Below, one piece after another: positions 9,047-17,980 of a DNA stretch of 63,197 nt; positions within the stretch are counted from its first letter, which is position 1, and every line of letters starts with the position of its first letter. This DNA is from an uncultured Candidatus Peribacteria bacterium (GTDB lineage: Bacteria > Patescibacteriota > Gracilibacteria > Peribacterales > Peribacteraceae), in the NCBI GenBank assembly GCA_964558895.1, contig CAZLFU010000001.1, positions 1 through 63,197 on the forward strand, read 5' to 3'. The notes under the pieces were generated by a model that was given only the letters and a program-made list of their open reading frames with translations, made no database searches and had not been told where the DNA came from. The translations under genes were made by a program, and so were the position numbers.

Positions 9047-10082
9047 CTATTCTTTTTACAGAAAAATAGGCACTGATGGAATTAAAGACGTTGCAGATAG
9101 TGGACTGCATCCAGATGATCTCTTGCATCAATTAGAAGCCTCTAGATCTGAACTTCCTTATGTCGATCAAATTGAAACAACAAATAACTGTAATTTGAGA
9201 TGTGTCATGTGTCCTCGCACAAAGCATATGACCAGAGCCATAATTAACAGTATGCGAATGGATTTGTTTTGCTGCATTATTGATGAAATTGAAGAATACG
9301 AACAAGAAAAGAAACATCTAGGTATTAGCGAAGCTGATTACAAGCTTAATGGCCCCTTCAATTTACAGTGGCAAGGAAGTGATCATGATATTTTTGATTT
9401 GAGATTGCATCACTTTGGAGCGCCACTTTTAGATCCAGAAATTATCAACAGAGTTCAGTATGTAACTGACAATGCATCTTTTGGCACGCAGTTATCTGAA
9501 ACAGTGATTAATTTAAAGATAGAAAAGGTTAGAGAACTTTTTCACGCAAATCTGCGTAGATTGATTATTGCAATCGATGCCACTAATGCCGATGAATTCA
9601 TTCAAATCAGAGGACGAAAAATTGATTTTGTAAAAGAAATGCAACGTGTTCAGGAAATTGTAGAATTAAAGAAAAAAGAAGGGGCATCAACAAAAATTGA
9701 TATTCAAGTAATCGAATTATCAAAGACAGATGCAGATGAATTCAGCAAGATTTGGGGGGCACATGAAAATGTTGGCATTCTTCGAAAGTCATTCTTCCCT
9801 TATCCTGATATTGATCGATCCTTGGGAAAGCAAAGTGAATCGGATTTTAGTGGTAGTTGTGACTTTCCTTATACGTCAATTACAGTGATGGCTGATGGCA
9901 GGGTTGTTCCGTGTTGTGCCGACTACAATGGCGAAGTGGTACTGGGAGATTTGAATACGCAAAATTTGTATGAAGTATGGAATGGAGATCCATTTAAATT
10001 ATTTAGAGAGAGATTTGTAAAATCTCTATTTTCTCCAAACGACTTATGTAAACGATGCGGCCACTATCCATTTAAGGATTAG
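9039..10082 (+). CDS. Radical SAM enzyme with a C-terminal SPASM-like Cys cluster
   Basis: 'ETTNNCNLRCVMCPR' (CxxxCxxC). C-terminal 'CDFPYTSITVMADGRVVPCCADYNG...CKRCGH'. Confidence 0.7.
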   Translation: MIDYSFYRKIGTDGIKDVADSGLHPDDLLHQLEASRSELPYVDQIETTNNCNLRCVMCPRTKHMTRAIINSMRMDLFCCIIDEIEEYEQEKKHLGISEADYKLNGPFNLQWQGSDHDIFDLRLHHFGAPLLDPEIINRVQYVTDNASFGTQLSETVINLKIEKVRELFHANLRRLIIAIDATNADEFIQIRGRKIDFVKEMQRVQEIVELKKKEGASTKIDIQVIELSKTDADEFSKIWGAHENVGILRKSFFPYPDIDRSLGKQSESDFSGSCDFPYTSITVMADGRVVPCCADYNGEVVLGDLNTQNLYEVWNGDPFKLFRERFVKSLFSPNDLCKRCGHYPFKD

Positions 10083-11109
10083 CTTCTTCAAAAAAATCAG
10101 ACAATATTGTTTTAAAAGTAAAATTGCGGATATTTTCTCTTATTTGATTTAGCGCTTCCGACGACTCATCTTTCGAATCGTCCAGATGTTCCTTGATCAT
10201 CTGCACAGCCTCCTCATTTGAACGGTATAAAAAATTTCTTGGGAAAAAATAGGGATAGCATTGATCGTCAGGCAGTACGGGGTGGCAACCAGAGAGAACA
10301 GATTTCATAACCGAATACCCAAATAGTTCCTGCTTTGCGCAGCTCAAAACGACTTTTGACGAGGCAAGCGTCAAGGCATGCTGTTCATCATTTTCACCAT
10401 GCAGTAATTCGATGTTATCCATTGCAGATAAGGCATCATAGTATTTGCTACCTTTCGCCTGATCCTGTTTTTGAGGAACTGGAATAGCAATTCTGGCTTC
10501 AGGTATACCTTTTGCTATATCAATCAAATCAACTATGCCCTTATCCTCATTTAATCGATGGGGGAATATAACGTCATATTTCTTGTCAGGTGAAGTCGCA
10601 GGTGAAAATGCATCCATGCCATGCGGCATAAACTGCGTCTTTTTCTTTAGTGGTTCTGGCAACTGCGACTCTATATATCGAGACGGCGTGTATATGCTGT
10701 CATACGTATTAGCCCAAGCTGTTTCGTAGCTGCTCAGCCAATCAAATGAATACAGATCTCCACTTAGGAACGAACCACCTGATAAAATAGACCCATATTT
10801 GCATCGGAGATCCCTTTGAAGATGTGCATACCTCAGTATGTCCAAACCTGGATTAAAGAAATCCAAGAATAGTACTTTTGCTAACCCTTTGCGTCTGGTG
10901 AGTTCTGAAATTACTGCGATTTGTCCTTCAATATAACTCTCATCATCCAACAGCTCTCCTTTTAGGTTATTTTCTAGGGGCTCAATTTGCCCTGTTATCT
11001 CAATGGGAATATTCATTTTCCCTGCGCTCACTACGAGAGCCTGTGTCATCTCATCAAACGATGTGCCTTTATAGTGCGGGGGAATTGCAATGACGTTTGA
11101 TGCTTCCAT
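10072..11109 (-). CDS. Glycosyltransferase-like protein (GT-B fold, GT4-like)
   Basis: C-terminal 'QELFGYSVMKSVLSGCHPVLPD' resembles the E(x7)E/GT1-GT4 motif; 345 aa. Overlaps the convergent radical SAM gene by 11 nt. Confidence 0.45.
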   Translation of the reverse strand: MEASNVIAIPPHYKGTSFDEMTQALVVSAGKMNIPIEITGQIEPLENNLKGELLDDESYIEGQIAVISELTRRKGLAKVLFLDFFNPGLDILRYAHLQRDLRCKYGSILSGGSFLSGDLYSFDWLSSYETAWANTYDSIYTPSRYIESQLPEPLKKKTQFMPHGMDAFSPATSPDKKYDVIFPHRLNEDKGIVDLIDIAKGIPEARIAIPVPQKQDQAKGSKYYDALSAMDNIELLHGENDEQHALTLASSKVVLSCAKQELFGYSVMKSVLSGCHPVLPDDQCYPYFFPRNFLYRSNEEAVQMIKEHLDDSKDESSEALNQIRENIRNFTFKTILSDFFEEANP

Positions 11110-11117
11110 ATGAAATA

Positions 11118-12173
11118 TTATGAAGAGAATCTAACTATGTCGCACTTATCCTTGTCTGGATGCATGCCGATAACTACATCATTCTGAGTGAGATCGCTGA
11201 CTGCATAATCTTCAAAATACTCCGAATGATCTTTATCTTTTTCATTCATCATTAGCGTAGGAATGCTTGCCGCTGTTAAGCGGATATTTGCTTCCAAGAT
11301 GCTTATGGTTGATCCATTTAACATGAAATCGATTCCAAAAAATCCTTCATAGTTTTCAATGAGAGGATGCAGTTTTTCAATACCAGACCTCAATTGCTCT
11401 TTTACTTCTGGCGTAATCGAATCCAAGCTCATCATTTCAGAGCCAGCGAAATGCTTGTTATCGATTATTTTTTGCTGTGAATACCCAAAAATGACAGTCC
11501 CTAGGGACTTACTTTTGACGACTTGTATGCTGGATGGAATACCTTGAACAGCATCTTCTACAAACCAGAGACTGAAACCATCATTGAAAATTTTATCCTT
11601 TATTTCTTCAACAGTACTAAACTCAGCAGATCGATGAAGAGTGTATCCGCCTGAACCGAATTGTCTTTTAAAATATACGTCACGTTTCAAGTAACTTTCA
11701 TCTACGCCTTCTGCATCAATTTTCCTCCATATTGGAGTCTGATCGCCCAACAGTTCTTTTTGAATTATCTTGTCGTTATTTTTTTTGAAATCGGAATATG
11801 AGTAATTAATGTTGAGATTATGATCAGTTGCAAAACGATCAGCATCTGGATGCGGAATGGCTACCCATAGCTCACTAACATTTTCTGGGATTTTTGCTGG
11901 TGACAATCGTTGGTAAACAGAAGAAGTTGCCTTCTCCGCCATGGGAATTTCCAAGAGAGAATTCGAAGAGCTATACTGGAGAGCACCTGAGAGCTCATTC
12001 GTTGCTACATGTTTGTTAGTGAGAACCCACGGCATGAGGTTTTCGTATTTCCACATGTCTACTATTTCCAAATCCAGTGATTCCCCAATCGCTCTGAAAT
12101 CAACCGAATATAAAGCGTGATCTCTTTGAAGAAAATCAATTTCCGAAGGCTTCAGAGCTTTGAAGGTAATCAT
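11118..12173 (-). CDS. ATP-grasp family ligase
   Basis: 'KRQFGSGGYTLH', 'FFGIDFMLNGSTISILEANIRLTAASIP' (ATP-grasp 'E-x-N-x-R' region). Confidence 0.55.
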   Translation of the reverse strand: MITFKALKPSEIDFLQRDHALYSVDFRAIGESLDLEIVDMWKYENLMPWVLTNKHVATNELSGALQYSSSNSLLEIPMAEKATSSVYQRLSPAKIPENVSELWVAIPHPDADRFATDHNLNINYSYSDFKKNNDKIIQKELLGDQTPIWRKIDAEGVDESYLKRDVYFKRQFGSGGYTLHRSAEFSTVEEIKDKIFNDGFSLWFVEDAVQGIPSSIQVVKSKSLGTVIFGYSQQKIIDNKHFAGSEMMSLDSITPEVKEQLRSGIEKLHPLIENYEGFFGIDFMLNGSTISILEANIRLTAASIPTLMMNEKDKDHSEYFEDYAVSDLTQNDVVIGMHPDKDKCDIVRFSS

Positions 12174-13231
12174 AAGTAATGTGTGTAAATAAGATGAGGA
12201 TCAATATAAGATTCCAGCTTACAGATATCAGGCTCTTCGGTCGAGAAGATGTATAGATTGGATGAGGAGCTATATTGTAAAGCCGAGGGATCAATTGAAT
12301 TGCTTTGCAGTAATTCGGATGCCCTACCTCTTTCAATGAAATTATCGGGCAATTCATATTGGCTAAAATTCTGACGTACTTCTTTTAGAGATATTCCACA
12401 TTCAGAAAGCATCTGATGTAAATTGCGCAAATTGCGCCCCATCATGGTAGGGTTAAGAATTACGTAAAATTCCTTTTCTTCCCTATCTTTCTTTAGGAAT
12501 TTCAACCCTGATGTGATGAAGGATAATGAGCCGTGTAGGGTATAGGGAGGATCTGTAATGAATGTATCTACCGTATCTACAATTGCTTCTTGTCCTAGTT
12601 CGGTTACATCACCTTCAATAATTCTCAAAGATGAATCTGCATTCTTTAAATAGCTGATGATTCTTGGATCTTTTTCAAAAACAACAACCTTCGCCCACGG
12701 CTCCCTGCCGAGTTCTGCACTCAGTAGATCGTCATCGCCAATGACAGCGACATTTAAATGTTCAACATTTGGATATCTTTCTTTTAGAAGAGCAACTCTC
12801 CGTATTCTGGAGGCAATATCACATGGAAACTGATTATACTCGGACATAGGTTCAATAGTTACTTGATGTTGGTCGTTTGCATTCAATATTTCGCCTCTTG
12901 TTCTAAACAATCGCTGGATTTGACCAGATGTATTAATGCTTATCAATTTCAGATTAAGAGACACTTCTAAAATTGGGCCAAGATTGTCGAAATCAGCGGC
13001 ACTCCTTTTTACAAAATCATCTAAATTTTCTGCATTCATCAGTATCTCCACTAATTGTGCGAATGCCAATCGACCTAGCCTGTTGTTACTCCTCCATGAT
13101 TCCACATTCCTTTGGTCGCCCCCTCTAAGATCGAGAGGAATGCTTTGCAAATAATCCTCATAAGCATGTTCAATTTCTGGCATAAAACGCAATGCTTCAT
13201 TGGGGCCAGATGATTGATTCTGAGTTTCCAT
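12170..13231 (-). CDS. BpsA/DUF43-like aminopropyltransferase (branched-polyamine synthase family)
   Basis: 'VAVIGDDDLLSAELG', 'VVVFEKDPRII', 'FITDPPYTLHGSLSF'. 4-nt overlap with the ATP-grasp gene. Directly downstream of the AdoMet decarboxylase. Confidence 0.55.
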   Translation of the reverse strand: METQNQSSGPNEALRFMPEIEHAYEDYLQSIPLDLRGGDQRNVESWRSNNRLGRLAFAQLVEILMNAENLDDFVKRSAADFDNLGPILEVSLNLKLISINTSGQIQRLFRTRGEILNANDQHQVTIEPMSEYNQFPCDIASRIRRVALLKERYPNVEHLNVAVIGDDDLLSAELGREPWAKVVVFEKDPRIISYLKNADSSLRIIEGDVTELGQEAIVDTVDTFITDPPYTLHGSLSFITSGLKFLKKDREEKEFYVILNPTMMGRNLRNLHQMLSECGISLKEVRQNFSQYELPDNFIERGRASELLQSNSIDPSALQYSSSSNLYIFSTEEPDICKLESYIDPHLIYTHYL

Positions 13232-13243
13232 AAAATTGAGGGA

Positions 13244-13645
13244 TTATCGCATTTTTCTTTCAAGTACACTTTTCACAATATTGTTGGATCTGAAGTGCGT
13301 ACTGATTTCATCAAACAAGGCATGAGCAGCTTCGCTGTTATCACGAGTATGATTGCAAACAAACAAATTAACGCTTACATAGCCTTCCATAGGCCATGTA
13401 TGTACGGCGAAGTGAGATTCTGCCAACGCAACGACTCCTGTAAAACCAACATCAAATTCATGATAAACAGACTGCAGCTCAGTGAGGTTATATTTATTGA
13501 GCAAATCTGATATTAGTTTTTTGAACTCAGTCATTTTAATACTTAAGAGGTATTCACAATCGCAGTCTTTGAGATCCCCAACTATCTCAATACCAGCAAT
13601 ATCTTGAGAATTGCCTGTGGGAAGCTCTGCGTCAGACATTGACAT
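13244..13645 (-). CDS. speH: S-adenosylmethionine decarboxylase proenzyme (pyruvoyl type, SpeH-like)
   Basis: 'VVALAESHFAVHTWPMEGYVSVNLFVC' contains the E-S self-cleavage site and HTWPE-type motif; 133 aa. Confidence 0.8.
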   Translation of the reverse strand: MSMSDAELPTGNSQDIAGIEIVGDLKDCDCEYLLSIKMTEFKKLISDLLNKYNLTELQSVYHEFDVGFTGVVALAESHFAVHTWPMEGYVSVNLFVCNHTRDNSEAAHALFDEISTHFRSNNIVKSVLERKMR

Positions 13646-13679
13646 ATTATTAAAAGATTGTTATAAATATGTCAAGTTT

Positions 13680-14012
13680 ATGGATAAATCCGATATTGAA
13701 GGCATATTAGAACGGGCCTATGAGTTTATTGAGGCCAATTCGGTCAGGGGTCATTCCACAGTGGATGATGTCATGATGGTCTCTCCTCATACTCATTCGC
13801 TCGATTCTGTACTGGCCTATATCTATCAGCAAAGAGCGGAAGTGGGTGATCAAATCACTCAGTTGCTCGAAACACGAATATTGGATCTGCGTAATGAAAT
13901 AGACATATTAGCCTTTTTATACCAAGCAGACGAGGATTCTTTGGCACGTGCTCATAAAGCCAAGCAGGATATAGCAGAAACTATTAGAGCGCATTTCCAC
14001 AAAACGACATGA
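13680..14012 (+). CDS. Hypothetical helical protein (110 aa)
   Basis: ATG at 13680 avoids overlap with speH. ATGA overlap with the next gene. No family recognised. Confidence 0.4.
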   Translation: MDKSDIEGILERAYEFIEANSVRGHSTVDDVMMVSPHTHSLDSVLAYIYQQRAEVGDQITQLLETRILDLRNEIDILAFLYQADEDSLARAHKAKQDIAETIRAHFHKTT

Positions 14013-14833
14013 ATTTACCAAGCCCTTTCGGTACGGATGAACCTCGTAAGGCAAGCGACTGTCGTCCAGGTGGAGATGATTTGGCGAATATCCAAAAAGA
14101 TCGCTCGGTTTTTCGAGCAGAGGAGGGTTCTCTGCGAGTATCGGGAGACAAGGTGTTCTATACAATTCAAGGGGAGGGCGTATCTATGGGTTCACCTGCA
14201 TCTTTTTTGCGTTTGCATAATTGCAATTTGAAATGTTCTTGGTGCGATGCATGGTACACATGGAATACGGATAGCGTAGAATTTTGGACGGAGAGCGTAC
14301 TGTGGACTATCGAAGAAACACGGAGAAATATTGAATCAAGTTGGGGATGCGAGAATGTTGCGATTTCCAAAAGATTGGTTGTGACTGGCGGCGAGCCATT
14401 GATTCAGCAGCAGGGAATTGAATCATTGTTAGGTGATATGAAAGATTGGTCTGTTGAAATAGAAACAAATGGCACTATTCTTCCCTCTGACTATCTTCTC
14501 AATCGTTGCCAATTTAATTGTTCCCCTAAACTAAGTAATTCTGGGAATCAGGTTCAGCGTCGCATCAGGGCAGATGTATTGAAAGTATTGAATCAGGCTA
14601 ATACGAATTTTAAATTTGTAGTACGCGACGAAGATGATGTTGAGGAAGTCGATACTGATTTTATCCAACCCCATTCTCTTGATGCGAATAAGGTTATTCT
14701 AATGCCCGAAGGCGTGACGATGGGGGAAGTGGCTGAGAATGCAAGGAAGGTAGTTGAGCTAACCAAAAAGAAGGGCTATCGCCTGCTTAATCGTTTGCAC
14801 TGCGATATATGGGGAGCAAAGCGTGCGGTATAG
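14009..14833 (+). CDS. QueE-like radical SAM enzyme (7-carboxy-7-deazaguanine synthase family) with a ~45-aa N-terminal extension
   Basis: 'FYTIQGEGVSMGSPASFLRLHNCNLKCSWCDAWYTW' is the QueE-type CxxxCxxC context. 'VVTGGEPLIQ'. Confidence 0.7.
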   Translation: MNLPSPFGTDEPRKASDCRPGGDDLANIQKDRSVFRAEEGSLRVSGDKVFYTIQGEGVSMGSPASFLRLHNCNLKCSWCDAWYTWNTDSVEFWTESVLWTIEETRRNIESSWGCENVAISKRLVVTGGEPLIQQQGIESLLGDMKDWSVEIETNGTILPSDYLLNRCQFNCSPKLSNSGNQVQRRIRADVLKVLNQANTNFKFVVRDEDDVEEVDTDFIQPHSLDANKVILMPEGVTMGEVAENARKVVELTKKKGYRLLNRLHCDIWGAKRAV

Positions 14834-14872
14834 GAAATGCAGTGTGTGACGTATTTGAATAAATATTTTATT

Positions 14873-15027
14873 CATTGGCTCCGAACCCTGTACCACGCGA
14901 GAACCGAGATTAAGGATACTTGGGAAAGACTTGAAACAGCGTTTTCCTTGCTGCACAGGGCGGCTGTTTGATTGTTTGTATTTTGCGTTTCTCGAACAAA
15001 TGACACATGTGTGCCATGGCGCAGCCG
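14873..15027 (+). repeat. att-like module copy 3
   Basis: TGG at 14876 through TGA at 14969-14971 encodes WLRTLYHARTEIKDTWERLETAFSLLHRAAV*. Hairpin ATGACAC/GTGCCAT at 15000-15017. Confidence 0.8.
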
Positions 15028-15072
15028 TGCCAAAGTTGATCAATCAAATAAAATATGTAAAAGTACTCTCTT

Positions 15073-15540
15073 ATGCAAAAGACGCATCAAGATAGAAAAT
15101 GGTTGGCGATTGCAGCGAGTTCAGTATTCGTGATTGCAGTGATCTTGGTTCAAATTATTTTCTTTCAAGGTGATTACATTTGGTGGATTTCATATCAACC
15201 ACTCTCTCCTTTGTCTTGGGATCAGATAGGCACTGTTACATTCCGCACGTTGGGCGCACTCCTTTATGGAACCGGATTTTATCTAGCGCTATATAGAGGC
15301 ATGAAAGCCCTGGGCTTTACTTTTGCGGATTATAAATACGTCAAACTCTTCGTTTGGCTTTCATTGATGGTGATTGTGGATTGGATACAGCGTTTCGTGG
15401 TTTATGGGTTCAACGAACTCTGGTCTCTATATTGGAATGTCATTCGATTGATAGTTTTTCTGTTTCCTTCTTACTGCATTATTATATTGGGATTCTTGGC
15501 ATTCTTCTTGGTTAGAAGAGCTTTGAAAAGAAAGATTTAA
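15073..15540 (+). CDS. Hypothetical integral membrane protein (4 predicted TM helices)
   Basis: Hydrophobic segments throughout; no family recognised. Confidence 0.5.
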   Translation: MQKTHQDRKWLAIAASSVFVIAVILVQIIFFQGDYIWWISYQPLSPLSWDQIGTVTFRTLGALLYGTGFYLALYRGMKALGFTFADYKYVKLFVWLSLMVIVDWIQRFVVYGFNELWSLYWNVIRLIVFLFPSYCIIILGFLAFFLVRRALKRKI

Positions 15541-15558
15541 CCGTGCAACAAATCATCT

Positions 15559-15780
15559 ATGAAGAAAAAGAGCCAAAAACCAGACATGATCATCAAGACG
15601 GGCAGAAGTGAAATACATCTCTATTCACACTATGAGAAGGACCCAGAGAAGGCGCGTCAGGCGAAAGAGGAATTCGACAGAGGACTCCGGTACATAGCCA
15701 AGCAGGGCGGTTGGCTAGATGCATTGGAAGAAAGGGATGCTGCTCTCGCAAGGCTTATGCAGTTATTGCCTCTCGATTAG
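15559..15780 (+). CDS. Hypothetical small protein (73 aa)
   Basis: ORF only; follows the membrane protein gene after 18 nt. Confidence 0.35.
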   Translation: MKKKSQKPDMIIKTGRSEIHLYSHYEKDPEKARQAKEEFDRGLRYIAKQGGWLDALEERDAALARLMQLLPLD

Positions 15781-16790
15781 CGACTGCGTTTTCTCTCCAA
15801 GAACAGGCTCTTTGATGGAACCCAGTCACGTGCGAGCTCATCAGCCTTTTGCAGCCAGCGATCAATTCTATCTTCAGGGGCTACGGATTCACCCCAGTAT
15901 TCAACGAACACTGCATCTTCGAGGCGTGCTGCTGCTTCCATCATTTCATTTTCAATGAGCTTCAGTGCGCGTTCAATATAGATTCCACCCTCATCGTCAT
16001 TATCAGGATTCGCCACGCTTCCAGCGGAAAACAGATCTCTTGCCTGATGGCAAAGAACGCCATGATAGGTAAGCAAATAGAGAACAGCATCATCGTACTT
16101 GTCCCTTGATCTGCCGGACTGCACGATCTTTGGACACAGCAATGCAGCTTCCGCACGCATTTTTGTTTTTTCTTCCATGGACAGTTTCGTGTAGAGGCGT
16201 GCTTGCACAGGAAGGGTGTGTCCAGGGTCGTCTGGTGAATCTTCCAACCACCACATGCGCTCACCTGGCTTTAAGCGACCACGCGCATAGGCGCGAATGT
16301 GGCGCATCTTGTCTTCCATCGGCAAGTCGCGGAATTCATCGTATGAAATTCCCATTTGCTCGAACAATGATTTCTCCGCTGCTATTTCCACTTCAAAGCG
16401 AGGAACGTGAGAAGTGCGCACATGCATAACGCATTTGTCGTATTCGTCCCATCGTACTTCGGGAGTTCCACCCATTTTGCCAAACACGAGGAAGATCTTT
16501 TTCACTTCCTTGATGCGGTTTGTTTCCAGCACGCTATTCGCAACGCTTCGCCAGGTGTCGCTCGTTGTGAATTTTACTTCAATGCCGAAATCGCCGATTG
16601 CTACATCTGGAAACGCTTGCGGATGCGGGTCAAAATCAATAGCCACTTTCATTCCCTTCATTATTTCCTGCGCGACTTCCCTAACTCGATCCTCAAATTC
16701 TTTGGAGGACTGAAATGGTTTTTGCCTAGCCTCTGCGGTCAATGTCTCGCAGATGGCTTTCAGTATTTTCTCAAAATCTTGCTGGGTCAT
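15777..16790 (-). CDS. Probable type II restriction endonuclease (PD-(D/E)xK)
   Basis: 'FPDVAIGDFGIEVKFT' gives a D...E-x-K catalytic pattern. Immediately downstream of a C5 methyltransferase on the same strand. Confidence 0.5.
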   Translation of the reverse strand: MTQQDFEKILKAICETLTAEARQKPFQSSKEFEDRVREVAQEIMKGMKVAIDFDPHPQAFPDVAIGDFGIEVKFTTSDTWRSVANSVLETNRIKEVKKIFLVFGKMGGTPEVRWDEYDKCVMHVRTSHVPRFEVEIAAEKSLFEQMGISYDEFRDLPMEDKMRHIRAYARGRLKPGERMWWLEDSPDDPGHTLPVQARLYTKLSMEEKTKMRAEAALLCPKIVQSGRSRDKYDDAVLYLLTYHGVLCHQARDLFSAGSVANPDNDDEGGIYIERALKLIENEMMEAAARLEDAVFVEYWGESVAPEDRIDRWLQKADELARDWVPSKSLFLERKRSR

Positions 16791-16824
16791 TGAGCGTTAT
16801 CTTGCTCGCAAACCGCATAATTGT

Positions 16825-17841
16825 CTATTTCTGCTTATCGAGGCAATCCTGTACCGCTTTTGCCAAATGCCAAGCAAAGACCGGCGCTACTGCATTGCCA
16901 ACCTGTCTTTCAGTTTCCCTTAACTTTGAATCAAAAATAAAGTCGTCTGGGAATGACTGGAAACGCGCTGCTTCTCTCATAGAGATGCGACGGCGCAGTT
17001 TGTAGTGGAACTGAATGTTGCCATGGCACTCTGCACGAATCGTATAGCCAGGACGTTCGGCAATTAGTTTCCTATTTCCCTGTTCGGAGCTTTTGTTAGC
17101 GCGACTCCAAACATGATTAAGATTTTCATTTTCAGGCATTGATTCCAGATCGCATATCGCCTCACGAGCAGTTATATGCTTATCCTTGGTTAAAGGTGCA
17201 ACAGGAGGATTGAAGTCAGCCACCTCTGGGCGAGTTCCTACAATAATCACCCTTTCGCGCGTCTGTGGAACGCCATAATCAGCCGCGTTGTAGAGCTTGA
17301 ACGAAATGTTGTAACCAAGAGCTTTAAAATCAGCAAGAACACGCTTTAAAGAATCTTCATTGTGCTTCATCAGCAATCCTTTCACATTTTCAGCCAAGAA
17401 AATCTTTGGCTGCACTCTTGATACCACTTCAACCATTGCCCGATAGAGACCGCTGCGCTTACCGTCTACACCGGCTCCTTTGCCGTTTACAGATATGTCC
17501 TGACAAGGAAAGCCCCCGATAACCACATCTGCCGTTTGGGGCATTTGATCCATTACTTGCCAAATATCTCCAGTCACGATGTCGGCCCCAACATTCTTTT
17601 TGTAGGTCCTGCAAGCAGCTTCATTAAGTTCATTCGCCCAAATGATTTCAAATGGCAAACGTTCATATTGCTTACCAAGAGACTTAAAATCTCCTCTGAA
17701 ACCCAAATCCATCCCGCCACAACCAGAGAATAGAGAAATAACCGAAAAAGTTCTTACTGGCTGCTGCATTCCAAGCTCAATGGCACGTTTAGTTATTGTT
17801 CCGATTTTTATTTCCTTTGGAGGTGCGATTGTTGGATTCAT
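16825..17841 (-). CDS. DNA (cytosine-5)-methyltransferase
   Basis: 'LFSGCGGMDLGF' (motif I), 'GGFPCQDIS' (motif IV), 'ENV', 'QTRER', 'GNAVAP'. Confidence 0.9.
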   Translation of the reverse strand: MNPTIAPPKEIKIGTITKRAIELGMQQPVRTFSVISLFSGCGGMDLGFRGDFKSLGKQYERLPFEIIWANELNEAACRTYKKNVGADIVTGDIWQVMDQMPQTADVVIGGFPCQDISVNGKGAGVDGKRSGLYRAMVEVVSRVQPKIFLAENVKGLLMKHNEDSLKRVLADFKALGYNISFKLYNAADYGVPQTRERVIIVGTRPEVADFNPPVAPLTKDKHITAREAICDLESMPENENLNHVWSRANKSSEQGNRKLIAERPGYTIRAECHGNIQFHYKLRRRISMREAARFQSFPDDFIFDSKLRETERQVGNAVAPVFAWHLAKAVQDCLDKQK

Positions 17842-17980
17842 CGGTGCGAATTATACATGGTTAACTCGGCACGCCCCACGCAAAATATGTCATTCTGGCA
17901 ACAAAGTAGCAGTTTTTCATATCCCATTCAGATAAACAGACGTTCTATATGCTCATAGAACAATCTGATAGATCGGTATA

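Noticed and set aside
7652-15027. The three repeated modules as integron attC sites or a CRISPR-like array
   Set aside because: There is no tyrosine IntI integrase and no short regular spacing. The primary sequence, not only the structure, is conserved with codon-phased substitutions, and the spacings are 0.7 and 6.5 kb. A serine-recombinase att-site interpretation fits better.
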